DNA of 64,000 bases, from assembly GCA_051362555.1 (NCBI GenBank), contig CM120640.1, positions 2,418,001 through 2,482,000 of the forward strand. The letters are read 5' to 3'. The notes beneath the pieces were generated by a model, which had not been told where the DNA came from, did not search any database, and saw only the letters and a program-made list of their open reading frames with translations. The position numbers were made by a program, and so were the translations under genes. Below, piece by piece: positions 52,218 to 64,000 of this stretch (the stretch's first letter is position 1; each line of letters begins with the position of its first letter). The DNA comes from Lingula anatina. Its lineage: Eukaryota; Animalia; Brachiopoda.

Positions 52218-55200
52218 TTAGTGGCACCACCCCGGGGACCAGACATTGCCCCAGTACAGCTCAGGGTTGGAGTATGGCTCGTTATTGACGTGGTGGGAAG
52301 GGACCAAACTCTCATTCATATAGGTCTCTAGTTTTGTCCTCAGTTTCTGTACTATGTGTGGCAGCCTTTTAGACAGGTCCTTCTGTTCAAGTGGATCATC
52401 TGCAAAGAAATGAAATAAAGTTTGCTTTTAAGGCCAATTTTTCCAGTTTAACTAAAATTTTATTTCTATATAATTCTTAAAGTTTTAAGTAAAGGAGGTA
52501 AAAATTGCACAGATATAAAATTATCTTCTTTAAAAAGACCTCTAGTTTTTATAAAAGCCACTAGAGTTGCCATAAATTGCTTTGGCTACTAAATTAATAG
52601 AAGTAATCTTTGAATCATACTTCACCTTTCAGATTGAAAAGATAGACTCCATTTTCATTCTTGTCTTCATTTCTGTAAACTATTTTCTTCAGCCTGTTGA
52701 GAACTTTATGCTCAGTTTGTCCACTCAGAGAGTACAAGTTCCTGTTTACTGTTTCAGTTCCTTTAGGAAATTTTAAATTTTGCATTTTCTTTCTCAGTTT
52801 CTTCTTCATATATTTCATTTGCTTTTGGGTTTTCTTTGGTTGTGTCACCTCGCATGCAGCACATGACCAAGTCTTGCAGCAAAACCATTTCCATAAACTT
52901 TTGATGGGGTTGCTTGACTGTAAGTCTGCAAAACCATAAACAAATAAATAAAATCACTGCATTCTAAATTCCTTGACTTAATTCAAATCCAATCAATAAC
53001 CTTTACAATTTCATAATAAAAATAATATTCTCACAGGGGGGCACTTCACAGTTAAAATTCCCTGAAGTACTAATAAATATGTTACCCAAGATAATATCAA
53101 ATAAACTGACACAGAGTGCAATTTTCTTCATAATTAAATATTTCTGAAAGTATGTTTCATATTAATATTTTAGTAAGCCTAGAATATTATTATAAATTTT
53201 GAATTATTTGAAGTATAATTTATTTTTTGTGCTCTGCAGAGTATGCCTTTCGCTACCAAATACACAACAGATTTCACCATCACTCATATAAATATAAATA
53301 TTTCATATGGGCACATTTTTTCTGACTATTCAAAAGATTTTGAAATTTAAAAGAAATAATAATAATATAACGAGCAGAAATTTTCAATGCTGCTACTCTG
53401 AAAGTTCTGTCGAGAAAAATAAATGAAAAATTACACGTGGCGAATGGCAGACCAAAATGTGTATTTTATATATATATTTTTTTTTTGTTTCGCGGGTTGT
53501 TTTTCTGTTATAAGTGCACTCACATTCCTCTGAACTAAACTTCCGATACAAGTGTTTTCCCTGGCCCACCAGCTGGACCTTGCTGGAGTGTTTGTGCTTA
53601 GAAACTTGAGGTTGTGGGTACCAGGTGCTGTATTTCCCTGGGGATCCTAATATCAGCTTGTAATTTCCAAATCTGAAATGGAAATAAATACAATTTATTG
53701 ACAAGCAAATAAATATATTTGCAAAGCAAGAAAGCAATTATACCATGTATTATGTAGGATATAAGAAATAAGAATTTGACATCAATTTTAATGAAAGCAA
53801 ACACAAGTTTTACATATAACTGCATAAAACTGGATTTTTCAGCTTAACCAGTGTATTTTATAAATGACATAAACAGAGTGACTTGCCTCCACCCACCCAA
53901 CACATACAACAGATACAATAACAATAAAGAAATATTTTTGAATTAATTATATAATGGCTTTACCTTATCCCTGCACTAAATTTTACATCATCTATATTGT
54001 AAACAAATTCCTTTCTTCTGGAGGGTTGTCCAAATCTCAACATTCTCCACTGATTGACACCATCCATTTTTAGATCTAGAATAAAACATTGAAAGAGGTA
54101 CACAGGCAAATATATTAAACAATAGAATATTAATTAGTTTACAGTGAGTTATTTATTGTGACAGAAAAATGACAATTACAATTGTATCACAATTCTTTAA
54201 TGCCATGAGCCTTACTTGGTTTTCCCCCTGCAGCAGTAATAAAGGTCGGGAACCAGTCTACGGCATGGATTAATCTGAAATAAGAAACAAAGGCCATTTC
54301 TTCTGAACACGGTGGCTAAAAATGCAGCATATTTCTTCAAGCATTTAAAAACTGAAAATACAAAGAAAGCACAACCAACCATGCTAGTTTTTCATAGGCT
54401 TATTCACTTGACTGAATTGAAGAGATGCCACATAAAAATGATTATTTTTTTAAAGAGATGAAAATACAGAAAGACAAAAAGAACTGTGTTATTTTATGAG
54501 AAATGTAAAAATGTAAAAAAACTCACTGATCACTGACATATCCCGTTTTCTTCAGCATGCTGCCATAGGCAAATGTCACTGCTCTGGTTCCCCCTTCCCA
54601 GAGTGTTGTCTTAGCTCCTCGTAACGGCCAATTACTTCCCCCATGATGAGGTGCACCACCATTCTAATAGGGGAAAAAACACCTTAGCATAGTCAAATGT
54701 TTCCTGGCATGAGGTCAATGGGAACTTAAATTTTTTTTTTTAATTGTCCCCCAGCAGTCATACAAATCCTTGTTTCTCCTAAATGTGATACCACTTTAAA
54801 ATGCACTACCATATTACCAGAAACCTTGAGGAAGACAGCAGAAACAGAGGGATGAGATAGGGCAGTCTATCTTGGGGAGGGGGGGGGGACAGACCAAGAT
54901 GGAGAGACCTGTACCTCAGCTTATTCTTCACTAGGAGCAAAGATGATAGGTAATTACATTAAGATACCATTACCAAGCTTTTGATGAGGACATTTTTGAC
55001 CTTACATCAGTTGTAAATACAATCAATGTATTCCGCAACAACTTGTATTCCTTTAGAATTTGGTGTATTCTTCCAATAGCATCATCCATTGCTGTTACCA
55101 TGCCTGAAAATATTTATTTATAACATGTAATTAGTTGCAAAATTAATCACATTCATGCCAAATGCATGCTGCATTTCACGTTGAAAATCTTTCCAGTGCC

Positions 55201-58200
55201 AAATTCTTTTTTTTTTACACTGATTTACTGTGACTACTACAACTCTCCTCTGAACCAAGCAATTCAAGGACCAGTATATACATATGTTTTAAATATTTTA
55301 TTCTTAAATATATTGTTACAAAATTAAGTAATTTACCAGAGTAAACTCTCCTGTCATGGTCCTGAATATGTGCGTAAAGTGCTTCAAACTTCTTCGGCAC
55401 CTGAGATGGAGAGCATTGTAATTTTTATCAACCATAAGGTGTTGATCAGTTTTGTACCAAATAGTCTTAGAGCGCATTCTCAACGAATTAAGCCAGGCTT
55501 ACAAAGCCGGTGACCTAAAAATGGCGGACGTACATGAAAGAAAAACCGCCTAATCTTTTAATAGTCTCTCCGCCTCCCCACACGTCGTCCCTGCGGGGTA
55601 CAGTAATTAAATCTCGGCTCCGAACATTAATATTTCCGTGAATATCTCTGGTGATATTATCTCCGTAGATAGTCGATTCATTGCTTCTCTACGGGCCAAA
55701 TTATTCCTTTTTCGTCTCTGTTTTCAAAGATAATAGAACAGAAGAGCTTTTTTCCTTCGATCGCCTTCAGCCGCCATGCTTTCTTCACCACGAGTTTAAC
55801 TGATGAGCATGCGCACTTAATATTTCTCAGGTAGCTTCCGCATGGCGAACGGAGACGCGATTTAATTACTGTACCCCGCAGGGACGACGTGTGGGGAGGC
55901 GGAGAGACTATTAAAAGATTAGGCGGTTTTTCTTTCATGTACGTCCGCCATTTTTAGGTCACCGGCTTTGTAAAGCCTGGCTTAATTCGTTGAGAATGCG
56001 CTCTGCTTATACTCCATGATGTAATGTTTTCTAAACATATTTTTGTTTACAAATGAGATTAGGGGAGTGGTGTGATTTTTCAAAAATCCAGGTTCTAAAT
56101 ATCTGTATACAAAAACTGTCAGCTGCTTAGAATGCATGCAAATTATTTCCACTGGAGTGAAGTTTGGCAACAGAGTAATTTAATGATCAAAGCATGCTCA
56201 TGAGGCTATTACATTTCTGAAATTTAATATAGTAATCTAAATGTCGGTTTATTGCTTCCTTACAAACTATTTGCAGTAAATATTTTCTGAGCTCTTTTGT
56301 CTGGAAATTTAATGCTTTAATACTACATAATGTTAACAAAGTACATTCCGTTGCAACTATTAAGACTACAGTTTGCTGTAACAACAAATAGTTACTTGAA
56401 TTTTTAAAATAGTTTTGTGGTTTAGAGCAAAGAGCAAGAAGTTAAAACTTCTCAGTTTATAAGTACCTGCAACGGACTATGTACAGACTGAAAAGGCAAA
56501 TATAAGAAAAATGGCCGACTTCTGTTGTGGTACTTTATCATCTCTTTAGCTCTGTTCACATAGGAATCCTACAAAAAATGAAAGAAATACAAAAAGAAAA
56601 TCTGCATTTAATTAAATTATAATTGTTTCTCCAAAATTACTGGGCAAATTTTTTTCTTTTGTGAAAAGATTCTAAAAGAAAAAAGATAGCATGCAAACTG
56701 CAAAGCAGTTAGTTTTCACATGAAAAATTTTATCTAGCACTTAAATTATGTAATGTAAACATAGAGTAAACAAAGAAAAACAATTCAGAACAATGGACTA
56801 TAAACATAGCTCACCAAAATATGATGTCATTGTACAACGTATGTGCACATTTTAAACATTTTCATGATGTAAATCCACCGCCTCATTCATTACAACCATA
56901 TGCTCTCTGCATTGTTAAAACAAAGAGCTTTCTGTTGATAAACCCTTATTCATCTTAAATCATCAAAAATGTTTTGTCAAACTTGATCCTGGACTATATG
57001 CTGTTTCATATACCCAAAATAGCCAGCATAATCTGATTTAAATCCACTTACAACAGCCTGCACAACGTTTCAGATAACCAAAACTATTTTTTTAAGATTT
57101 AATTTGAAATTTGAAAAAAAAAAACACAGACAGTGTCTTAAAATTGATCTTACAGTAGAATATATCCCCCTTTGGTCCATCACAACTTTGGTGTTGTTCC
57201 TGAAGTCTAACCCTGCTACCTTGTGGGCAGCTCCTAAATGGAAGAAAAACACACAATGACATCCACTGTTTAATGTTAAAATAAAGCAATATTAGACAAT
57301 TCTGTACCTTTTTAATCAAAAATTTATCATATTTATAATATAATATAATAGTTATAACTTGGACTACTACCCCTTTACAACTTATGGGGGCACCATGGGT
57401 GTCATTAGTTTCTTGTGGTGAGACCTTAATTATATACTGCAGCATTTACAAGTTGAGAATCTTTCTAAACTTGTAATGCAATCATTTTTATATCATAAAA
57501 GATGAAGATAGTTTATTATGTAGACAATTCTCTTTAACTGGCAAGCAGGCTGGCATTTGTGTAACAGACTTCAGGAGATACAGTATTTGACAGAGATATT
57601 TTAGCCTTTTTCTTGTTGCACTCAGATGCAATTATTTATTGCCAGCTATTGTGTACAGCCTCTTGCAGCTGTTTCTTTCATCATGTGCCAAAAAGCTGAC
57701 AAAAAGGAAAGCCTGTGTCTTGCCAGATTTTCAGACAGGTCAATTTTCAAAATGGGATGTAATTTTTTATAGCTGAGCCTGCTTATGTGACCTGAAAAGT
57801 GTTTAGTACCTACTTTTTTCTACAAGCATATTGTAATTGTACTGGGCGTGACATTTGAAGTGTCTGCATTCAATTATTAAAAAAAGAAAGAAACAATGAT
57901 ACTATGCAGACAAAGTTTTTGTGTTACATTACCTTTATTTAAAAACAGAATGATTAATGACTAATTTATTTTTCACCTAAATTAGCAGGACTTTGAACCC
58001 CATTACATTAGGTGAACTTATGTTACTGAGTCAATTTAAGGGCAAAAAAACAAACAAGGCAATGTTTGGTTCTCTAGCTTTTTTGTCAAAAAATAAACCT
58101 TTTAATGTAACTTTAAATATTTGAAATCTTTATTGTCATAAATCCTGCCTGTGCTCCTTTTTTTTCGTTTTGTTTTTTTGTTTGTTTTTTTTGTTTTGTT

Positions 58201-61200
58201 TTTGTTTTGTTTTTTGAGGAGTGTTTTATTTTGGGACCAACATAAATTATATGAGTAAAATCTTTTTTTTTTAATATCTCCCTCATCTGTGGCCAGATTG
58301 GTGAAAGATGATCAGGCATGTCAAGCCTCATAAATCTTTGAGATGGAACACATTCCTTCCATGTCTTTAAACTGGCACAGAAATTACGTCACCTTTCTTC
58401 CACTTCACATATATCAGCCATATATCTTGTCCAAATGTTGGATAACAGCACCTGGTTAAATGTAAATGCTACTTGTAAATTAAACCTCATGCTATTTTTA
58501 ATTCAAGCTCAAACACATACCTTGAACATGTGTGTAGTAATCTGCCGCTCCGTTGTAAAAGCCGTAGAAAGAGTCAAACCCTCTGAAGGTTGGCGTGTAC
58601 TCCCACTTACAGAACCCCAAGTGCCACCTGAAGAGAAATAGTTATTATAAGTATTCCAGCAAAGTTTATTTTGAATATTTTCTTTCTTTATTAATTTATA
58701 TTTTTTCGAAACAAGAGTAATATAATATTTTAAAACCTAAATACCCTTATTTACGCTGAGAAAAAAACATATCAGATGCGTCTTAAGTCAGCACAATCTT
58801 AATGTTATCACTTAATATTATTCTTTGAACCATAAAAAATTATTTTAGAACTTACTTTCCAATCATGTGTGTGTCATATCCCAACTTCTTCAACTCCTGT
58901 GGCAGTAAAGTGAAATCCAGAGGAAGACCCATTGGCTCCTTATCTTTTATTACACCATGCTGTGGAGTGGAGAAATATGAAGCGTCAAATGTGTTTCATG
59001 TATTTCCAAGTACTGTTTGATAGGTTTTTATTGTTGATTAAACATGTAAGCACTTTTTAACTATTTAAGGATATCTCTTTTTGTCTGTTTATGACATGTT
59101 GCAGGACTCAGCATCAGTATTTTTTATATTTATTTTTAGGGTTGGCATTGACAATTTTTGTGACACGCAACTGGGCAGTTTTGTGCCACATCTATAATTC
59201 ATGTTTTTCCTTTTATACTTAGTATCTTTTATGTCACAATATGCATTACTTAACTCAACACCAATAGCAAAGGCTTCAAAAAATTCTCACTTGCCTTTAT
59301 TCATATATATATAATGACAATTCAAAAATGATTTTATTCAAACAAAAAGAAATAAGTAAATTTTACCTGTAAACCTATTTTGAAAGGGTAGTATCCAGTC
59401 AACATGGCTGCTCTTGATCTAAAACAGATAAGCATGTGATACACTCAATTATTCTCTCTCTCTCTCTCTCTCAAACCTTAATTCTTATTTTGATTTTTCT
59501 GACAATCTTCCCAGCCCCCTTCCCAAACCTGTCACACACCAGGCCATTGTATTAATTTTGGCAAGCATTATTCATTTTAAGATAAATGGTCTTCAAGGTG
59601 ATGAAATATTTGGAAACTTTCATGCAGAGCCTCATTAACTTTTATGAAATTCTTAATACAGTGGCAATTAAATATTTTCAGCCTGAAGGCCCTTTGGTTG
59701 AACAGAATTATTTAATTATGGTCCTGCTGAAATGCTTTGTTAGTTTTCTATCACAAAGCATTTCTGAACTCTAAACATAACAAAGCAGAGAAAAATATGT
59801 CACCATAGGGGAATTGTCAAGTCACAGTAGAAACCAAACTAGTCACTTCTTCCTTCAGACAATTTAAGGTCTATTAGGATCATTACTGAGTATAAAGTTT
59901 CCAAAATCATGGCTTTTTCAAATAGAATTGCTGCATAAAAATGCGTGGCCAGGTTTCCAATTTCTAGATGCATTCAAGCGCAGACAGCAGCCTGACAGTG
60001 TTGAAATCAAAAGGCTGAAAAGGTGTATTGAACTTGCAAAAATAAATCAGAGACAACACGAAAAAAAAAATATTATGCAAAAGGAATAGCATTTCACCTC
60101 AAGTAAGCTGTGTTGAAGAAATGCAGTTGCAACACCTTTCCAGTGAATTCTCAGTAAAATAGAAACATTTTTGACAGGGGTGGATCCAGAGATATTTTGT
60201 GACATTTTTCCAAATTATCTTTGTTGATTCATCCTCTTTTTTGACCATCTTCCAACAGAAAAAAGTAGAAACCTGAAATAAACTTGAAAATCTGACAGTC
60301 TTCTGGAAGACCCAGAAGACTTCCTAAATCCACCCCTGTTTGAAGTATACCATCAGTCACAATGCAACCAGAAAGAAAAGACTTACTAGACAGCCAAGAC
60401 CAACAAAATTATTTAATCAATGTATTTTAAACTTTCCTATTTATTTTTTAGAAAGTTAACATTCCTCAGCTTTAAAAAAAAACTCTGCAGCTGCTGTACA
60501 TGTGCCGCATGGATGAATAATTCGTATTTTCGTATATAAGTGTGCTGGCATGGGAAAATATGTTAACACTTGTGGTAACCCATCAGTGTAGAGTTTGTTC
60601 AGTTTTGGAAATTTAATACCTAAAAGATACATACGGAGTGCAAACTGGCAGGACATAAGACTGGTTGAAGACAACTCCCTTCTCTGCCAGATAATTCATG
60701 TGTGGTGTCTGCATACTTGGGTTGTTCCAGCCTACATCATTCCAACCTAATGAAAATAAATTTATACAAATACAAGTAGTTTTGGAATAAATCAACTTCA
60801 AAAGACACAAAGAGTAATCATTTTTCAAATAAAAAAGAAAATAACTTAAGAACAACATTAAAAATAGTTTTGTTTATTATGGACAATTATTGTGCTTAAG
60901 ACTTTCTATATGTGCAGTTTTCACTCTCTCTCTCTCTCTCTTCTTATGTGAAGAGGGTTAAAAAGCTTTTGATATAAAGTGCAGCCCTCAAACATAAAAA
61001 ATCTTTGTAGAAAATTACTTAAATATCTGGAACAAATTCACTGCAATGTGTTAGGTTTTATTTGATCTCTGTTCCTCTCCACAAGTAAATTGACAGCAGG
61101 AATAAAGCATTAGAGGTTAGCCCTTGAACTGAAAAACTTCCAGCTGGTAACAAATTTTGTGTCCGGTAGTGTGATTTATGTCTGTAAATAAGAACACCAC

Positions 61201-61910
61201 AAAGAAAATGACCTGAAATGGGGTGAACAGTTGTATTGGGTGTCCTCGCTCCACAATACGGTGATTAGAGAAGTTAGGGTGGGGAACTGTCAACTTCATT
61301 ACACACAGTCAGTTCTCGTGGAGAAAATGCTTTGTCTGATATAAACGGCATAATAATAAGTCCATGAAGAAAAGAAGAAGTCGCCAAGTAATCTTCGTGC
61401 ACGCTGCTATTATTACAGATGGTCGTAAGCTCTTAAAACAGTTATAACCACTACAAATTTGTAGGTTCAAACCAGTCCAGACCGGATTTGAACACCAAGA
61501 CCTCTCGGCTCATTACCCCAATAAGATGAAGGCAGACAAAATAACAATAAAGTGATAGTGACTCAAATGATAAATGTGCACTTAGAAATTGGTCTGGCCC
61601 GTGGGAAAAATGATTAACATTCACTTACTGCTATGTACAGATATACATACAATGTAACATGCCAGAATCGAGAGATAAAAAAATCTTGATTTTGTTTTCA
61701 TAACAACCCGTGTGTTACAAATTTGGTGCACACATTAGCAATTAGTGCTTGAACTAAAATGATTGTTACTCGTTTGTGATTTAACTATTACTTACCTAAG
61801 TCGTCCGCAACTATAAAAATGATGTTCGGTTTTTTTGAACGGGCAGCTGAAGTTGATTCCGCGATTAAAATCGTAACACAAGTGAGTAACTTGAGGAAAG
61901 ACATCCTCAT
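52218..61910 (-). CDS. Arylsulfatase B/I/J-like sulfatase with signal peptide, 15 exons
   Basis: [29 protein letters not shown]|GWNDVGW..TPHM..; formylglycine motif CTP|SRAAMLTG; GYDTHMIGK|WHLG; RGFDSFYGF; SVHSPLQ|VP; TD|[20 protein letters not shown]; HAVDWFPT; VYLFNLK|[10 protein letters not shown]; WSPGWCH* with TAA at 52218-52220. Confidence 0.93.
55469..56004. mobile_element. 536-bp MITE/foldback element with ~146-bp near-perfect TIRs in an arylsulfatase intron
   Basis: 55469-55614 and 55859-56004 are reverse complements apart from a single 1-nt indel. CpG-rich and undecayed. No unambiguous TSD: CTT(A) occurs on both flanks but offset. Confidence 0.9.
60175..60338. mobile_element. 164-bp MITE with a 5-bp TSD (hAT5-like)
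   Basis: 11-bp TIR CAGGGGTGGAT/ATCCACCCCTG. Direct repeat TTTGA at 60170-60174 and 60339-60343. Confidence 0.75.
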
Positions 61911-61992
61911 TGCTGCCTAGTTTACCTCACGAGTCAATCTCTTTGACTGCAGTTAGCGCTTTACGTGGGACATGTCATGACGGACTTGAAAC

Positions 61993-62000
61993 GTCACGTG
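61993..62000. promoter_or_regulatory. CLEAR/E-box-like element upstream of the arylsulfatase
   Basis: GTCACGTG about 85 bp upstream of the ATG (61910) of a lysosomal-type hydrolase with a signal peptide. Confidence 0.45.
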
Positions 62001-63515
62001 CTAATTTACATATTACATTCATCTACAACCACCACGCTGGGTGGGGGAGAGACTGAAGACTAGATTTGTCAGTTATAAGTGCTAAATAGTTTATTGTCCA
62101 ATGCTTGCGTTGAATATGCTTGTGGATTTCCTCCCGATACAAGTATTTTTTCTATCAGTTTGGTGTATGTATAACTTTTCCCTCCCGCAGCGCTAATACT
62201 CTGAATCCTTCCTGGGAATCCGATATCTTACAGCACACAAAATAATAGCCGAACAGTTTTCAGGATGTTATGCATAAACACGCTAATGCCACAGGCTAAA
62301 ACTAATATTACGAACTAATCAGGGACATATGGACAAAATATCGCGAAAATTTGACACCGCGTGGCTTTTACAGTATAGCTCGTTGCGTCGACTATTACAA
62401 ATTTGTGTGAAATAATCTGTTTAACCTCAGGTTCGTGCCCTACCAGGGTCGTAAACAATTTTTTTCACTGGATACGACTATTCACACACATTTCTCTGGA
62501 TATTCTCTAGCTCTGCAAATTTCTGTAAAGTTACCTCGCTTCATATTACGGTAAACCTCCCAGCACTAGTGCCTCTATGATACAACGATGACGGCAAAAA
62601 TAGCCCTCCTGCAGTAAATTAGTGAAAAATACCCGCAGTACAGTAATAGAATTTGATGGATTTTATTTTATCAAAACGTAGCTACGTACATGTACACTGT
62701 ATGTTGACACTTTAAAATGTTTTCACAAAAATTTTCCACTCGCTGTCAGCTGTTAAATGGCCGTGTAGATCCTTTACGGTGCTCTAAGACCAGCTACTAC
62801 TGTATTTAGTCGATGATTTGACCTTGAATTGGGTTTTATAAAGCCAAAAAGAAACTAATTAAATCCGAAAGCATCGTAAATGTTTTGTTTTATTTCGAAT
62901 TCGTTGCCGATAAACGATTGTTCACGACCGACAGACGCCACAAGATGTACTGTATTGTAGCACGGCACGCTGAGATTCCATTTGAAGAGTTCGTCGAACT
63001 TTAGAGCTTACACCATGCCCCAGTGGATGGGTATACGAACCACTCCCCTTGGGCCAACTTTATCATTGAAATAAATTTGGTTAAATTTCTTTCGTCTGTC
63101 TCACTCAAGCCATGGTCATGGGGCATAACGTCGTTGAAACGTTTGTGGGACTCCTCTGTCCATTGTTGTGTCTGTTCAAAACTTTCAGAAATTTTGGCGC
63201 AAAGAATCTGAAATTGCAAATCCATTTTTTCTCACTTCAATCCCTTAACATAAATGATGGTGAATGATTATAGTGTAGCAACAAATTTAGACATATCCCT
63301 TTAAACCGTGGCTATTTTGTAAGATGATATGAGGGGTACATGTAAAATGAGATTAAAGCTGAATTCCCTTTGAAACTCTCAGTCTACGTAGATTGCTCCA
63401 ACTTCTTGGGGACTCTAGCTGCATACAATCAGTTTAACAAATTAAAAGGCCTCCTCTTGTTTCTATCCATCTCTATCAAGAAAAGAAGCTGCTGATATCC
63501 CTCCCCAGTTTTTAA

Positions 63516-63517
<2 letters not shown>

Positions 63518-63605
<88 letters not shown>
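63518..63605. repeat. (TA)n microsatellite followed by poly-T
   Basis: About 35 TA units, then a T run. Confidence 0.95.
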
Positions 63606-64000
63606 ACGTAACAGAGAAAAAAACCCGCAACAGTACCTTCGGAGAGAGAAAGCGGTGGAATAGAACTGGATGGTAGGGCAGGGTTTTGTTAAGTCTATTT
63701 CTTTTCTTTTTTCTTAAGTAACATGATTTTAGCAGCCGAATTACGTGTAATTAAATCGTTGAAAACGTGTAATTACTCGAGTTGAATGTTTCACGATTTG
63801 GAAAAAAATTTTTTTTCAAAAAAAAAAAAAAAAAAAAAATCAATTTGGCGTGAAAATCCTGAATAGGATACATTCAACACATTTTGATACAATACAATTT
63901 TACCATTTATGTTTTAAAATTGAATATCCAGTTGTCGTCTACTCCATTTCTTGCCTGATGGTCAGCCATTTAGTTGATGCTGAATGTTACAGAGGAATTT

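Noticed and set aside
52763-52957. Apparent frameshift or pseudogenisation of the arylsulfatase
   Set aside because: With the phase-1 donor near 53524 the exon 52925-52626 is open throughout in the third frame, so the gene is intact.
55502-55938. 86-aa ORF within the foldback element
   Set aside because: It starts inside the TIR and has no transposase motifs, so the element is non-autonomous.

Overview
AT-rich, intron-rich and gene-dense animal genomic DNA. An invertebrate, probably a mollusc or other lophotrochozoan, is inferred from repeat style and gene structure; this is not proven. From left to right: (1) the end of a Helentron/HINE-like element carrying at least 12 copies of a 146-bp satellite packed with AGGTCA nuclear-receptor half-sites; (2) three head-to-head gene pairs: CNDP2(-)/PHRF1(+), GTF2H1(-)/PIFO(+) and ZC3H11A(-)/CCDC59(+); (3) an orphan 145-aa Cys-rich ORF; (4) an arylsulfatase B/I/J-like gene (-) with a long cationic insertion. 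The most striking element is an apparently fully intact, young, autonomous PIF/Harbinger transposon at 23272-28600. It has perfect 33-bp TIRs, a CAG target-site duplication, a 3-exon 349-aa DDE transposase and a convergent 8-exon 253-aa Myb/SANT-like partner with four microexons, and it sits about 290 bp past the GTF2H1 stop codon. Other notable signals are duplicated splice-acceptor cassettes in PHRF1 that would give unproductive isoforms, an intronic inverted repeat with decayed hammerhead-ribozyme cores, and several MITE families. Exon models were spliced by eye, so internal exon boundaries are approximate unless stated.
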